A stretch of 64,000 bases of DNA from NCBI GenBank assembly GCA_016871815.1, contig VHBT01000004.1, positions 5,454 to 69,453 of the forward strand, written 5' to 3'. Below, one piece after another: positions 9,313-20,277 of the stretch. A program made the position numbers and the translations under genes. Numbering within the stretch: the stretch's first letter is position 1; each line of letters starts with the position of its first letter. The DNA is from Candidatus Babelota bacterium. GTDB lineage: Bacteria; Babelota; Babeliae; Babelales; GCA-2401785. A model generated the notes under the pieces. It searched no databases. It was not told where the DNA came from and saw only the letters and a list, made by a program, of their open reading frames with translations.

Positions 9313-10677
9313 ATGTTTAAAAAACTTGTTTTCAACGTAGCAGCAGTTTTCTCGCTCGCGCCCGTGAGCTCTGCTCCGGCTGACTTTTTCTCAATCGAAG
9401 AAAATCCAACACAGCCAGGGCTTATAAAAATAGGGGCTATTTATTGGACCCAAATGCCCCAAAATAGACTATGGCGACGTCTTTTGTGGCAACAACTCCC
9501 ATCTGAGGCAGCAAAAACAGTCGCAATGTTTGCAAACCGAAAAACAGCAAAAGCGATCTATTCATTTCCTGCACAAGCCGTTTTGGCTGTTCTTGCAAGC
9601 ATTTCAAGGCGAGCAGCCGAAGATGGCATTTCTTCACAAGTTGCGTTCAAAAGCCTTCATGATGCTTTTTACTCTCTTCAATTCAAATTTGATGGCAACT
9701 CTGCATGGCTTAACTACTTCAATGTAGTTAAATACTTGGCACTCGCGTCTCAAATAAAACAACTCTTGTTTGACATCGAAAATGAATGCGCAGACCTTGA
9801 AATCAAAAGCAACATTACCCAAGGATATATTCCACAAAATAACAATTTTTTCGTTCTCCCAACTCAAACATATTTAATTGCGCACGCTGCAAGAAACCTG
9901 CAGACTATGGAATCTTCACCTACCGCAAGTATTCCACTCGTCGACAAAGCAACTTTTTGTGCAAAATGGTACACCGCGCTCAACCACCATATCATTCCAC
10001 ATAAAACAATCTTAAGGCTTTCTCCTGAGCTTCAAGAACGCTGCTATGACCTTTCACACCATATCGCCGCATTAAATATTGGGTTTGATATCTTACCAAT
10101 AAGCATTTCTAACGCTAGGGCTAAAACTATCAACAACCGCGGATGTTACATTAAGAGATTTCCCCAAGATTTTAAAACTTTTGGCGGAACAGAAGAGCTA
10201 AAAAAACAATTCAAAATTGCTGATTTCATGCATCAAACAGCTGGAACCGATAACGCCAAAAACCTAATTTTGATGCTTGTCCATACAAACTTACAAGAAT
10301 TTTTTGAACCAACAGCCATAGAGCTTGCAGAACAAGATTCTCAAGAAGCAGGGGGCCAAGGAGCTGATACAATTCAACGACGAAAAAATAATTTACAACA
10401 AATAAAAAGCTTAAAAGCTGAATTCTTCAAGATAGCCTCAGGCATGAATGGTTTTATTGAAGAATTAAAACCGAATCAAACACTTAGCACAGATGATGAA
10501 ATAGAAACTATGTTAAAAGAAAGAATAACTATTATTTCGAGGTGCATTTTAGCATGGAATCAAGATAGAACCACTGATCTGGATGAGATTAAAAGGAATA
10601 TTTTAACAGCTCCTGCTAGCGATGGTGATACTAGCGATGGTGATACTAGCGATGGTGATACTAGCGATGACGATTAA
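9313..10677 (+). CDS. Hypothetical secreted protein with C-terminal (SDGDT)n repeat
   Basis: Start chosen at the ATG giving the signal peptide MFKKLVFNVAAVFSLAPVSSAPA. The longer ORF from 9241 only translates the upstream tandem repeat. Paralogous to the 28505-29376 fragments. Confidence 0.65.
   Translation: MFKKLVFNVAAVFSLAPVSSAPADFFSIEENPTQPGLIKIGAIYWTQMPQNRLWRRLLWQQLPSEAAKTVAMFANRKTAKAIYSFPAQAVLAVLASISRRAAEDGISSQVAFKSLHDAFYSLQFKFDGNSAWLNYFNVVKYLALASQIKQLLFDIENECADLEIKSNITQGYIPQNNNFFVLPTQTYLIAHAARNLQTMESSPTASIPLVDKATFCAKWYTALNHHIIPHKTILRLSPELQERCYDLSHHIAALNIGFDILPISISNARAKTINNRGCYIKRFPQDFKTFGGTEELKKQFKIADFMHQTAGTDNAKNLILMLVHTNLQEFFEPTAIELAEQDSQEAGGQGADTIQRRKNNLQQIKSLKAEFFKIASGMNGFIEELKPNQTLSTDDEIETMLKERITIISRCILAWNQDRTTDLDEIKRNILTAPASDGDTSDGDTSDGDTSDDD
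10618..10674 (+). repeat. 15-bp in-frame tandem repeat (AGCGATGGTGATACT x3 plus a partial unit) encoding SDGDT repeats
   Basis: Three exact copies read directly at the 3' end of the CDS. Confidence 0.9.
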
Positions 10678-10702
10678 ATTTAATTAACACTCAATTTTTA
10701 AT

Positions 10703-10735
10703 AAAAAAGCGCCTGATTTTTTCAGGCGCTTTTTA
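10703..10735. terminator. Bidirectional rho-independent terminator between convergent genes
   Basis: Stem AGCGCCTGA (10708-10716) / TCAGGCGCT (10722-10730), flanked by an A-run and a T-run. Confidence 0.75.
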
Positions 10736-11173
10736 CTTTTTACCAGAAGCCTTTCCGGTAGAGATTGTTTTCTTTTTTACCGTTCCTTGCGGCTTTACCA
10801 CGGCAGGAGCTTTCTTGCCAGCGACTACCTTTTTCTGCTCAACTTTTTTTTGAACAGCCGTTAAAGCTGGCCCTTCTGTTTTTGCGACAACATCGCCAGA
10901 AGCCCCAGATTGCTTCTTCTCCTCTGTTTTTTTTGATGATCGCATATCAGAAACAACTTCTGCAGCTCCAAATGCAGTAACAACACCCATCCCAGCAATT
11001 GATGTTGCAAGAAGACCTTCTGTAAGGGGATCTTCTCCGTCTCGCGCTGAGTTGGCTACAGCAGAATTAACCAATAGTTGATTTTGGGAAATTAAAAGCG
11101 ATCTTCCCGATAAAACAGTTAATAAAAAAAATACTCTTATTTTTAAGCCAAAAAAGGCAAAATGTTTTTTCAC
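10733..11173 (-). CDS. Hypothetical protein with hydrophobic N-terminus and Lys/Ala-rich C-terminal tail
   Basis: 146-aa ORF. Tail sequence is QKKVEQKKVVAGKKAPAVVKPQGTVKKKTISTGKASGKK. Confidence 0.5.
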   Translation of the reverse strand: MKKHFAFFGLKIRVFFLLTVLSGRSLLISQNQLLVNSAVANSARDGEDPLTEGLLATSIAGMGVVTAFGAAEVVSDMRSSKKTEEKKQSGASGDVVAKTEGPALTAVQKKVEQKKVVAGKKAPAVVKPQGTVKKKTISTGKASGKK

Positions 11174-11197
11174 AAAAATTTTTTCCTAAAATTTTTT

Positions 11198-11719
11198 TTA
11201 TAAATCAGCGATCAACGGCAAAATTTGCTCAGCATGCTTTGCCACATCAATATCATCGATGATATGACGCAAAAAACCTCTAGAGTCAATAATAAATGTT
11301 TTTCGTAACGGCATTAAATTTGGCCACCAGCGACTCGCTTTAAACATTTTTGCAACACGAGCATCTGGATCACTGAGCAAATCAAACCTCAAGCCATATT
11401 GTTTTTTAAATTTTTGGTGCGACTTAATAGAATTGTAACTCACCCCAACAATTTTAAGACCACTTCGTCTAAATTGCTCATATCCATTTAAACTACAAGC
11501 CTGAGCGGTACAGCCTGGCGTTCCATCAGAAGGATAAAAATAAATAAGCAACGGCCTGCCAAGATTTTTACTCAACTGCCAATCTTCATTTGCATCATTT
11601 TTTAAAACAAAATCGGGGACTCTTTTTCCAATTTCAACAAACCCTGCAGGTTGCGCCTGAACATAAAACCCCAAACCAAAAAGCATCACAACGCATAACG
11701 CCAAAACACTGATATTCAT
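11198..11719 (-). CDS. bcp: Thiol peroxidase, Bcp/AhpC-TSA family peroxiredoxin, with N-terminal signal-like segment
   Basis: Motif FYPSDGTPGCTAQAC (peroxidatic Cys context). The ATG at 11719 is preceded by GGGAG. The ORF track's TTG at 11737 is an alternative start. Confidence 0.8.
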   Translation of the reverse strand: MNISVLALCVVMLFGLGFYVQAQPAGFVEIGKRVPDFVLKNDANEDWQLSKNLGRPLLIYFYPSDGTPGCTAQACSLNGYEQFRRSGLKIVGVSYNSIKSHQKFKKQYGLRFDLLSDPDARVAKMFKASRWWPNLMPLRKTFIIDSRGFLRHIIDDIDVAKHAEQILPLIADL

Positions 11720-11797
11720 ATCAAAAAACTCCCACAAGAATCATTCTACGGAAAACATAATCTTGAATAAAAAAGAACTCAAGAAATCAAAAGTATT

Positions 11798-11839
11798 AAA
11801 AAAGGGCACAACGCAACGTGCACATTGTACCCTTTTTTA
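11798..11839 (-). terminator. Probable terminator downstream of the MutS-like gene
   Basis: On the minus strand, GGGTACAA / TTGTGCCC stem (one G-U pair) followed by a T-run. An A-run lies on the other side. Confidence 0.5.
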
Positions 11840-11855
11840 TAAATTAAATAATAAT

Positions 11856-13538
11856 CTAAATCTCTTCTGCTGGAGCAATAATCGTACGCGAAGGCATCGC
11901 ATACCATTCAGAAAGCTTTGAAAGTTCTGGCATATGAGTTGCAGTAAATGTAAGCGTTCTAGGGTTGCAAGCTACGGCATGTACCGTATCAAGCGCAAAA
12001 CGAGTGCCTTTTTTTGCATTTGTTGCCTGCCCCAAAGAATCATCAAACAAAAAGAGTCCACTTTGATGTTGTTCAAGATTTGAAACATTTTGTACCAAGA
12101 ATTCTGCTCGAGCACGTTTTGCAATGTAGCTAGAAAAACCCTTACTCAAATCTTCAGCAACATTCATAAATGAATAAATTTGACTAAAAAGAGCCAGGCT
12201 AAAAATCTGCGCGGCGGCTATCCCAAAGACCTGGGCTAACAAAACATTTACGCCTATAGTTCGTAAAATCGTAGACTTTCCAGCGCCATTATCACCAAAC
12301 AACAACATACCTTTGTCTTCTTTTTGATTATCATACGAAAAGGTTCGAACTCTTTCTGGAGCTACGGTTTGTAATAAAACGGGCAACCAAGATTCTTGTG
12401 TAAGCAAAAGAGGTTTTTCAGCATCCACAAAATCAACAAAACAATAGCACAATCGGTCATTTGCTCGCTGACGCATGGTTTCTGCTACCGATAAATAAAC
12501 GTCAATCTGGCCTACTAGATCAAACAATTGTTGTAATTGCTCTTGAAGAACTAGCATTGATTTAAAATCAACCGCAACACTCGCCAACGGTGAAAAAATA
12601 TTCTTGTTTTTGTAAGACCCAATTTTTGTTTTTGATTGAACTTGTGTCAATAAATCTTCATATGAGTGAACCAAAACGGAGAAATCGGATGCACCATTCG
12701 CATGAACAACACGTAATTCATGCAACAAAGTATCCGCTCGAGAAATAAAATTATTAAACAAGCCCATCGCATCATTAACCTTCTTGGCTAACGACAATTT
12801 AAATGTCGCGGATGCATACGCATCTTTAAGTCCAATAATGTGCAGTAGTGTATGAATTCCCTTTCCATACAATACAACCCATCGAACAAACCCCTTAAAC
12901 ATTCGATGAGACAATGAACACCCACAAGAAGCATGCCCATGTCCGTGTCCATGTCCATGTCCATGTCCGTGTCCGTGTCCGTGTCCGTGTCCATGTCCGT
13001 GCCGATGGGTATGTTCATTCTTGGCAAGGTATAAATGCGCAATTTTAAGAATAACCAACTCAACAATCACAACTGCAAGAGGACTAAATGTCTCTGTATA
13101 ATACTTAAGATTTAAGGCCGCCTTGGAATCATTTAACCTACTTAAAAAAGAAGATTTAAATTCAAACATCCTGACAACTTGCTTAAGATTATCAAGCGAC
13201 GCCTGCTCAAAGGCTGTTGCGAGTTCATTTTGCACGCCAGCAAGACGTACAAGTGCCTCTTTAAGACTATTAAATGCTTTTCCATCAAGATTAAACAACG
13301 TTTTTACCATACCCTGACGAGTCTGCAAGATGCTGATATCATCAAGTGGATTATTCATAAAGTCTTTAAACTTTTGCTCGCCAGCAGCTGTTTGCTGAGC
13401 TACAAAGCTCTTTTGCAGGGAATAACCCGGCAAATCCCCAACACACAAATCATTCGCCGTAAATGAATCCAATTTCCCCCAAATAATTGTTGGGAAAAAA
13501 GCCAATACCAGCACTATTTTTTTTAACAAAAAAGACAT
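11856..13538 (-). CDS. MutS-family (domain V) ATPase-like protein with N-terminal hydrophobic leader and internal (HG)11 tract
   Basis: C-terminal half carries MutS ABC-ATPase motifs: Walker A GDNGAGKST, LFLFDDSLGQATN (Walker B position), FTATHMPEL. No mismatch-binding or Smr region seen. N-terminus is MSFLLKKIVLVLAFFPTIIWG. Confidence 0.7.
   Translation of the reverse strand: MSFLLKKIVLVLAFFPTIIWGKLDSFTANDLCVGDLPGYSLQKSFVAQQTAAGEQKFKDFMNNPLDDISILQTRQGMVKTLFNLDGKAFNSLKEALVRLAGVQNELATAFEQASLDNLKQVVRMFEFKSSFLSRLNDSKAALNLKYYTETFSPLAVVIVELVILKIAHLYLAKNEHTHRHGHGHGHGHGHGHGHGHGHGHGHASCGCSLSHRMFKGFVRWVVLYGKGIHTLLHIIGLKDAYASATFKLSLAKKVNDAMGLFNNFISRADTLLHELRVVHANGASDFSVLVHSYEDLLTQVQSKTKIGSYKNKNIFSPLASVAVDFKSMLVLQEQLQQLFDLVGQIDVYLSVAETMRQRANDRLCYCFVDFVDAEKPLLLTQESWLPVLLQTVAPERVRTFSYDNQKEDKGMLLFGDNGAGKSTILRTIGVNVLLAQVFGIAAAQIFSLALFSQIYSFMNVAEDLSKGFSSYIAKRARAEFLVQNVSNLEQHQSGLFLFDDSLGQATNAKKGTRFALDTVHAVACNPRTLTFTATHMPELSKLSEWYAMPSRTIIAPAEEI
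12933..12998. repeat. Imperfect hexanucleotide microsatellite (RTGTCC x11 on + strand) encoding (His-Gly)11
   Basis: Eleven consecutive ATGTCC/GTGTCC/ATGCCC units read directly. On the coding strand they are CAY GGA codons. Confidence 0.9.
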
Positions 13539-13790
13539 AAAAACCTCTCAGTAACAAATAATTTTTTTAAAACAATGAAACTAAGATTTTTTATGGAGCT
13601 TGAGGCGGAGATACTCTTTCCAGAACGGACTGAGAAAAAAAAATGGTTATTTTTTTAGAATCGCTGCAATGACATCTACACTCAGACGGATGGCTCTCCA
13701 CCGACTTGATAAGCTGGTGGCTTGCACGCGCAGAAAGATGACATGATATACACGACACAATAAAAACCCTAAAAAAGACTTAAAAAAGCA

Positions 13791-13816
13791 AAATGGAGGG
13801 GAAATCCCCTCCATTT
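13791..13816 (-). terminator. Rho-independent terminator downstream of 13862-14278
   Basis: Palindrome AAATGGAGGGGA / TCCCCTCCATTT, with GGAGGGG-AAAT-CCCCTCC at its core. Confidence 0.65.
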
Positions 13817-13861
13817 ACTTTAATTTATTTTACAAAAAATAAAAGCCTGCCCTGAATACAA

Positions 13862-14278
13862 TTAATCGGCAACAAGGTTAACCAAATCAACTGCCTGCTG
13901 CACTCGATGAAAAAGCTCAATCTGTTCATCAAATTCATCTGGAATTAATGCACTTTCCTTTAACAGCGCAATAATCATAAGGCCCTTTGCTTGAATATAC
14001 TGAAAGTCTTCTAGTAATTCATTTTTTTCTAAACGCTCCGCCAGAAATGCTTCTTCAAGATTCTCTCCCGCAAGACCCCGAGCTATCAAAACACCCCTGC
14101 GATCTGCTCTATTTTTACCAACAAACGCTACACGGTTCAACAACTCCTGACTTAATTCAAGAAGGGTTTCTGCATTGGAAGGCTTTGCCTCCCAAACATC
14201 ATACGCATCACCCATTGGCTGAGCTAAGATAATCCCGAAACAACACAATAAACTTAAAAAAACAAGCTTTTTTAGCAT
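13862..14278 (-). CDS. Hypothetical secreted protein
   Basis: 138-aa ORF with signal-like MLKKLVFLSLLCCFGIILA. Confidence 0.5.
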   Translation of the reverse strand: MLKKLVFLSLLCCFGIILAQPMGDAYDVWEAKPSNAETLLELSQELLNRVAFVGKNRADRRGVLIARGLAGENLEEAFLAERLEKNELLEDFQYIQAKGLMIIALLKESALIPDEFDEQIELFHRVQQAVDLVNLVAD

Positions 14279-14484
14279 TTTTAATCCTCAATAACGCATA
14301 CCAATTCATTAATTTAAACTTAAATCAAAAATTATTTGTCTTCAATTTACTATCCGATTGCTAGCTTTTTTTCAAAAAACAGCGCTTCTTCTGATCAAAA
14401 ACCAATCCCTTTGCCCAAAAGTTTTCAACGTGTAACAATTAAAAAGTATCGCAACGTAAGTCAAAATAAAAAATGGAGAAAATT

Positions 14485-14778
14485 ATGAACATTTTTTCAA
14501 AACTATTAATTATCTCGATGATTTCAGTATCAATCACCAGCGGACAAGCAGGAAACTGTCCAACAAGACCAAGCTCAGAAGAACACAGACGGCTTCAAGA
14601 AGCCCATAGAAACCTTGTAGAATTTGGCAGACGCCTAGAAGCACAAGCAGCAGCACTCGCACAAGCAACAGGAGATTTAGCTCAACTTACAGCAGCTGCA
14701 GCAGCCGCCCCACGCAGAGATAAAATCGCTGGCTCTGGTGAAACAGCCGATATCGAAGAAGGCAAAGAAGACGCATAA
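14485..14778 (+). CDS. Hypothetical small secreted Ala-rich protein
   Basis: The ATG at 14485 is preceded by GGAGA (the alternative ATG at 14473 lies inside that RBS). Signal-like MNIFSKLLIISMISVSITSG. Confidence 0.45.
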   Translation: MNIFSKLLIISMISVSITSGQAGNCPTRPSSEEHRRLQEAHRNLVEFGRRLEAQAAALAQATGDLAQLTAAAAAAPRRDKIAGSGETADIEEGKEDA

Positions 14779-14789
14779 TAAAAAGCTAA

Positions 14790-14849
14790 AAATAACTTAA
14801 AAATAAAAAAGGCGAGTAATTATTCTCGCCTTTTTTATTTTTAAGTTAT

Positions 14850-14851
<2 letters not shown>
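14790..14851. terminator. Bidirectional terminator formed by a perfect 27-bp inverted repeat
   Basis: AAATAACTTAAAAATAAAAAAGGCGAG (14790-14816), loop TAATTATT, then CTCGCCTTTTTTATTTTTAAGTTATTT (14825-14851). The GC core is GGCGAG/CTCGCC. It overlaps the gyrB stop codon. Confidence 0.8.
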
Positions 14852-17264
<2,413 letters not shown>

Positions 17265-17396
17265 TTACGTATAAAAATTATTTTTTTAAAAAACACACGA
17301 CGCAGGTCTCTGGTCGAATATTTAAATGGCTTACACTTATATTTTGCTATAGTGTAGATAATACCAAAACCATTCAGTAAAAACAAAAAATGCTTG

Positions 17397-17933
17397 ATGC
17401 AAAACCCCAACAACATTCCCCCCCAAAAAAATACTCATGAATACTTCATGCAGGAAGCTCTCTTGCTCGCACAAAAAGCCTTAGATGCAGGTGAAATTCC
17501 AGTTGGCGCAGTCGTTGTTGACGAAAACGGAGAGATTATCGGCAGAGGGTTTAATTTAGTAGAAACAAATCACTCCCAAACAGAACACGCCGAAATGATC
17601 GCCATCAAACAAGCAGCGCAATACAAAAAAGACTGGCGCCTAGAAAAATGCTGGCTTTACGTAACACTCGAGCCATGCCTGATGTGCCTTGGCGCAATTA
17701 GTCACAGTAGATTTGAGGGAGTTGCATTTGGGGCCCGCTCTCCTGAGTTTGGAGGACTCAAAATGCTCGATCCAGAGCAGAAATCTTATTTTTTAAAGAA
17801 CCTTATGCTTTTTAGAGACTTGAAAGAGGATGAATGTGCTGGTATGCTGAAGGTGTTTTTTAAAAAAGCCCGCGGGGAGGAATACTGTGAGTCAACGCTT
17901 AGCCTTTCTGGCAAAAATCAAAGAAAGTCTTGA
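17397..17933 (+). CDS. tadA: tRNA-specific adenosine deaminase TadA
   Basis: CDA zinc motifs HAEMIAI and TLEPCLMCLGAI. Confidence 0.85.
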   Translation: MQNPNNIPPQKNTHEYFMQEALLLAQKALDAGEIPVGAVVVDENGEIIGRGFNLVETNHSQTEHAEMIAIKQAAQYKKDWRLEKCWLYVTLEPCLMCLGAISHSRFEGVAFGARSPEFGGLKMLDPEQKSYFLKNLMLFRDLKEDECAGMLKVFFKKARGEEYCESTLSLSGKNQRKS

Positions 17934-18234
17934 GCTAAAACGTGACGATCTTATCGCCAAAGCCCGCGCAGGGATCGGACGTAGTAGTTTTGATGAGAAG
18001 CTGGTTAAAGACAGCGGCGACGAAGCACAAGCAATTGTGATGGAAAAAATCGAAAGCTCACTACAAATGAACGACGCCGATGAATTAAAACTCATCGAGC
18101 GTGCCCTTGACCTCCTTAAACGCGATGAATATGGCATCTGCGTAGATTGCGGTGAGCACATTTCGCAAAAGCGCCTTGAATATTATCCTTACGCCGCTCG
18201 CTGCATTACATGCCAAGAAGCGTTTGAAGGATAA
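17887..18234 (+). CDS. DksA/TraR-family C4 zinc-finger protein
   Basis: C-terminal CVDCGEHISQKRLEYYPYAARCITC (CxxC-x17-CxxC) preceded by a helical region. The GTG start overlaps the tadA 3' end, and the exact start is uncertain. Confidence 0.7.
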   Translation: MSQRLAFLAKIKESLELKRDDLIAKARAGIGRSSFDEKLVKDSGDEAQAIVMEKIESSLQMNDADELKLIERALDLLKRDEYGICVDCGEHISQKRLEYYPYAARCITCQEAFEG

Positions 18235-18253
18235 CTCAGTAAATAAAAGTTTT

Positions 18254-18328
<75 letters not shown>

Positions 18329-18395
18329 GTAGCTCGGTTGCAGGTAATTTTAGCGGTAAAAAGCACGTAAGTGCAGAAAAGGTTTTAATATAAAT

Positions 18396-18788
18396 ATGGT
18401 AACACCACAAGTTTACGGAACAGGTAGAAGAAAAAAAGCAGTTGCACGCGTTTTTCTCACCAAAGGTTCAGGAAAAATCACAATTAACGGCAAAGCTCAC
18501 ACAGAATATTTTGTTACCGATGTAACGCGCGCAGCAGTAACAGTTCCTCTTAAAGCTGTTGTTGATGGCGATTCATACGACTTTACAGTCAACGTTCAAG
18601 GTGGCGGACTTCCTGGCCAAGCTGGCGCTACAGCCCTTGGTATCTCTCGCGCACTTCTTATGAAAGACGAAGCGAACAGAGCAACCCTTAGAGCAAACAA
18701 ACTTCTTACCGTTGATGCTCGCGTAAAAGAGCGTAAAAAATACGGAAGAAAAGGCGCTCGAAGAGGCTTCCAATTCGTGAAACGTTAG
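18396..18788 (+). CDS. rpsI: 30S ribosomal protein S9
   Basis: 130 aa. GTGRRKKAVARVFL near the N-terminus and a basic C-terminus KKYGRKGARRGFQFVKR. Confidence 0.95.
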   Translation: MVTPQVYGTGRRKKAVARVFLTKGSGKITINGKAHTEYFVTDVTRAAVTVPLKAVVDGDSYDFTVNVQGGGLPGQAGATALGISRALLMKDEANRATLRANKLLTVDARVKERKKYGRKGARRGFQFVKR

Positions 18789-18824
18789 AATTTCACATAC
18801 AAATTGCCAATCTATGGCACTTTT

Positions 18825-18866
18825 CCAAGGCCGGCCCCTCACAGGATGTCCGGCCTGGTTTTTTTA
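18825..18866 (+). terminator. Rho-independent terminator after rpsI
   Basis: Stem AGGCCGG (18828-18834) / CCGGCCT (18850-18856), followed by a T7 run. Confidence 0.7.
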
Positions 18867-19015
18867 AAAAAACCTTTGTCGCATATCGCAAAATGACAAA
18901 AAACAGCTGATTTTTAGATCAATTTTTGAAAAAAAAGAATTTCTATATTCTAAATAATTCGATAGAAAAAACGCTTCATTTTATTATCTATAAAAATACG
19001 AAAGAACAATCCTTA

Positions 19016-20092
19016 ATGAACACCCTTAAAAAACTTTTTTGCTTTGTGCTTCTTTTTATCGCAGGCTCTGCCGCTCCTGCCGCCCTAGAACTTTCATTGT
19101 CTGCTGGTCCTCGGGCAACTCTGGCCGACATTTTTGGTTCAACACAGAACGACAAAACAATTTTTAATATCCCAAACACCCCGCACTTTAGATATTGGTA
19201 CGATTTTACAGCACCTCGTGAATACAATGCTTTTTACACAACAACCGCAGGCACAATCTCGCTTGGTGGCCTTGTCCGCTTTATTGATGAAGGCCTTGAA
19301 ATTTTTTCAACCGATGCGGCATACCAAGAGTGCAAACAAGCCCTCAATAAAATGATCGAGCTCCATAAAGACTATCAAGCTCGCCCATCAAAAAAGAAGC
19401 GCGCAGCCCTTGAACAAGCTCAAGTAGAGATTATTGAGTCACTTTCTAAAGTTGAACTTTCTGAACAAACAACAACCGATCTTTGCGCTCTTCTTTCTAG
19501 TCCAGAACAGTCAACATTAAAAAAAATTGTTTCATTATTCATTCTTCCGTATCGATCTCACTTGGTTGAAAAAGAAATTCCAACAAAAGCTGTTGTTAGC
19601 CGCGGAGAACTATGGAAAGAAGTTGTTAAATACTGGTGGGGCGGCATAACGCTTGGACTGTTTGTAGGAGTATCGCTATTTCCCGTGATTGGAGCCGTGA
19701 CCCCATTTGTTGCAACAACATTTTTTGATTGGATGTATCCATCTGGATCAACATTCGCACTCTCAAAAACAATTGTTTCAGGGTTTGATAAAACAAAGAA
19801 TGAATTTATCAAAGAAACAATTTCTCTCTCATCTGCTATGGATCGCTCAGAAACAAAAGAACTCTTTATAAAACACTGGGGCAACAATTTGATGGGACAA
19901 GTAATGCAAATTCCATTAACAATTGCACATGTTGCACTTCGTTGTACCAACTTTAAACTTGCACCAGAACCAGAAGATGGTGTTATTGTAACCCTTGACA
20001 GAAGCTTGAATAACTCAGCAACAGGAATTGACCCAACTCAAGACTTTATAAACAACTCTGCCAACGATTCTCACTCAGCGCTTGCTGCATAA
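19016..20092 (+). CDS. Hypothetical secreted/membrane protein, cassette protein A1 (paralog of 21123-22019)
   Basis: The ATG at 19016 gives signal peptide MNTLKKLFCFVLLFIAGSAAPAALE. Internal ~35-aa hydrophobic segment WWGGITLGLFVGVSLFPVIGAVTPFVATTFFDW. Shared motifs with A2 are listed in the findings. Confidence 0.6.
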   Translation: MNTLKKLFCFVLLFIAGSAAPAALELSLSAGPRATLADIFGSTQNDKTIFNIPNTPHFRYWYDFTAPREYNAFYTTTAGTISLGGLVRFIDEGLEIFSTDAAYQECKQALNKMIELHKDYQARPSKKKRAALEQAQVEIIESLSKVELSEQTTTDLCALLSSPEQSTLKKIVSLFILPYRSHLVEKEIPTKAVVSRGELWKEVVKYWWGGITLGLFVGVSLFPVIGAVTPFVATTFFDWMYPSGSTFALSKTIVSGFDKTKNEFIKETISLSSAMDRSETKELFIKHWGNNLMGQVMQIPLTIAHVALRCTNFKLAPEPEDGVIVTLDRSLNNSATGIDPTQDFINNSANDSHSALAA

Positions 20093-20111
20093 CAAAACTC
20101 ACTCACAATTC

Positions 20112-20144
20112 AAACGAGGCATAAAAAACATGCCTCGTTTTTTC
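20112..20144 (+). terminator. Rho-independent terminator between A1 and B1
   Basis: Stem AAACGAGGCAT (20112-20122) / ATGCCTCGTTT (20130-20140), followed by T residues. Confidence 0.7.
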
Positions 20145-20277
20145 ATAGAAACAAAAAAATATCGTTTTTCAGAAAATTTGATAGTTTTTCGAACAATCTC
20201 AAATTTAAAACACAATAGTAGATTTTCAACTATTTTTCTTACATCAAATTTTGATTTTTTTTAAAAATAGCTTGTTC

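Noticed and set aside
12788-13066. Alternative-frame, same-strand 92-aa ORF across the repeat (DTDTDTDMDMD)
   Set aside because: It is a by-product of the hexanucleotide repeat and lies wholly inside the MutS-like CDS in another frame.
13590-13745. RNase P RNA or SRP (4.5S) RNA in the gap
   Set aside because: CCAGAACGGACTGAG only loosely resembles the RNase P P4 3' strand, and the required 5' P4 partner (GAGGAAAGTCCGGGC-like) is absent. No SRP domain IV motif is present either. It is retained only as a low-interest unexplained region.
8769-14849. tRNA-Ser-adjacent genomic island or integrated element
   Set aside because: No integrase or transposase is present, I found no direct repeat of the tRNA 3' end downstream, and the content includes ordinary genes (bcp). 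Orphan ORFs are equally dense elsewhere in the window.
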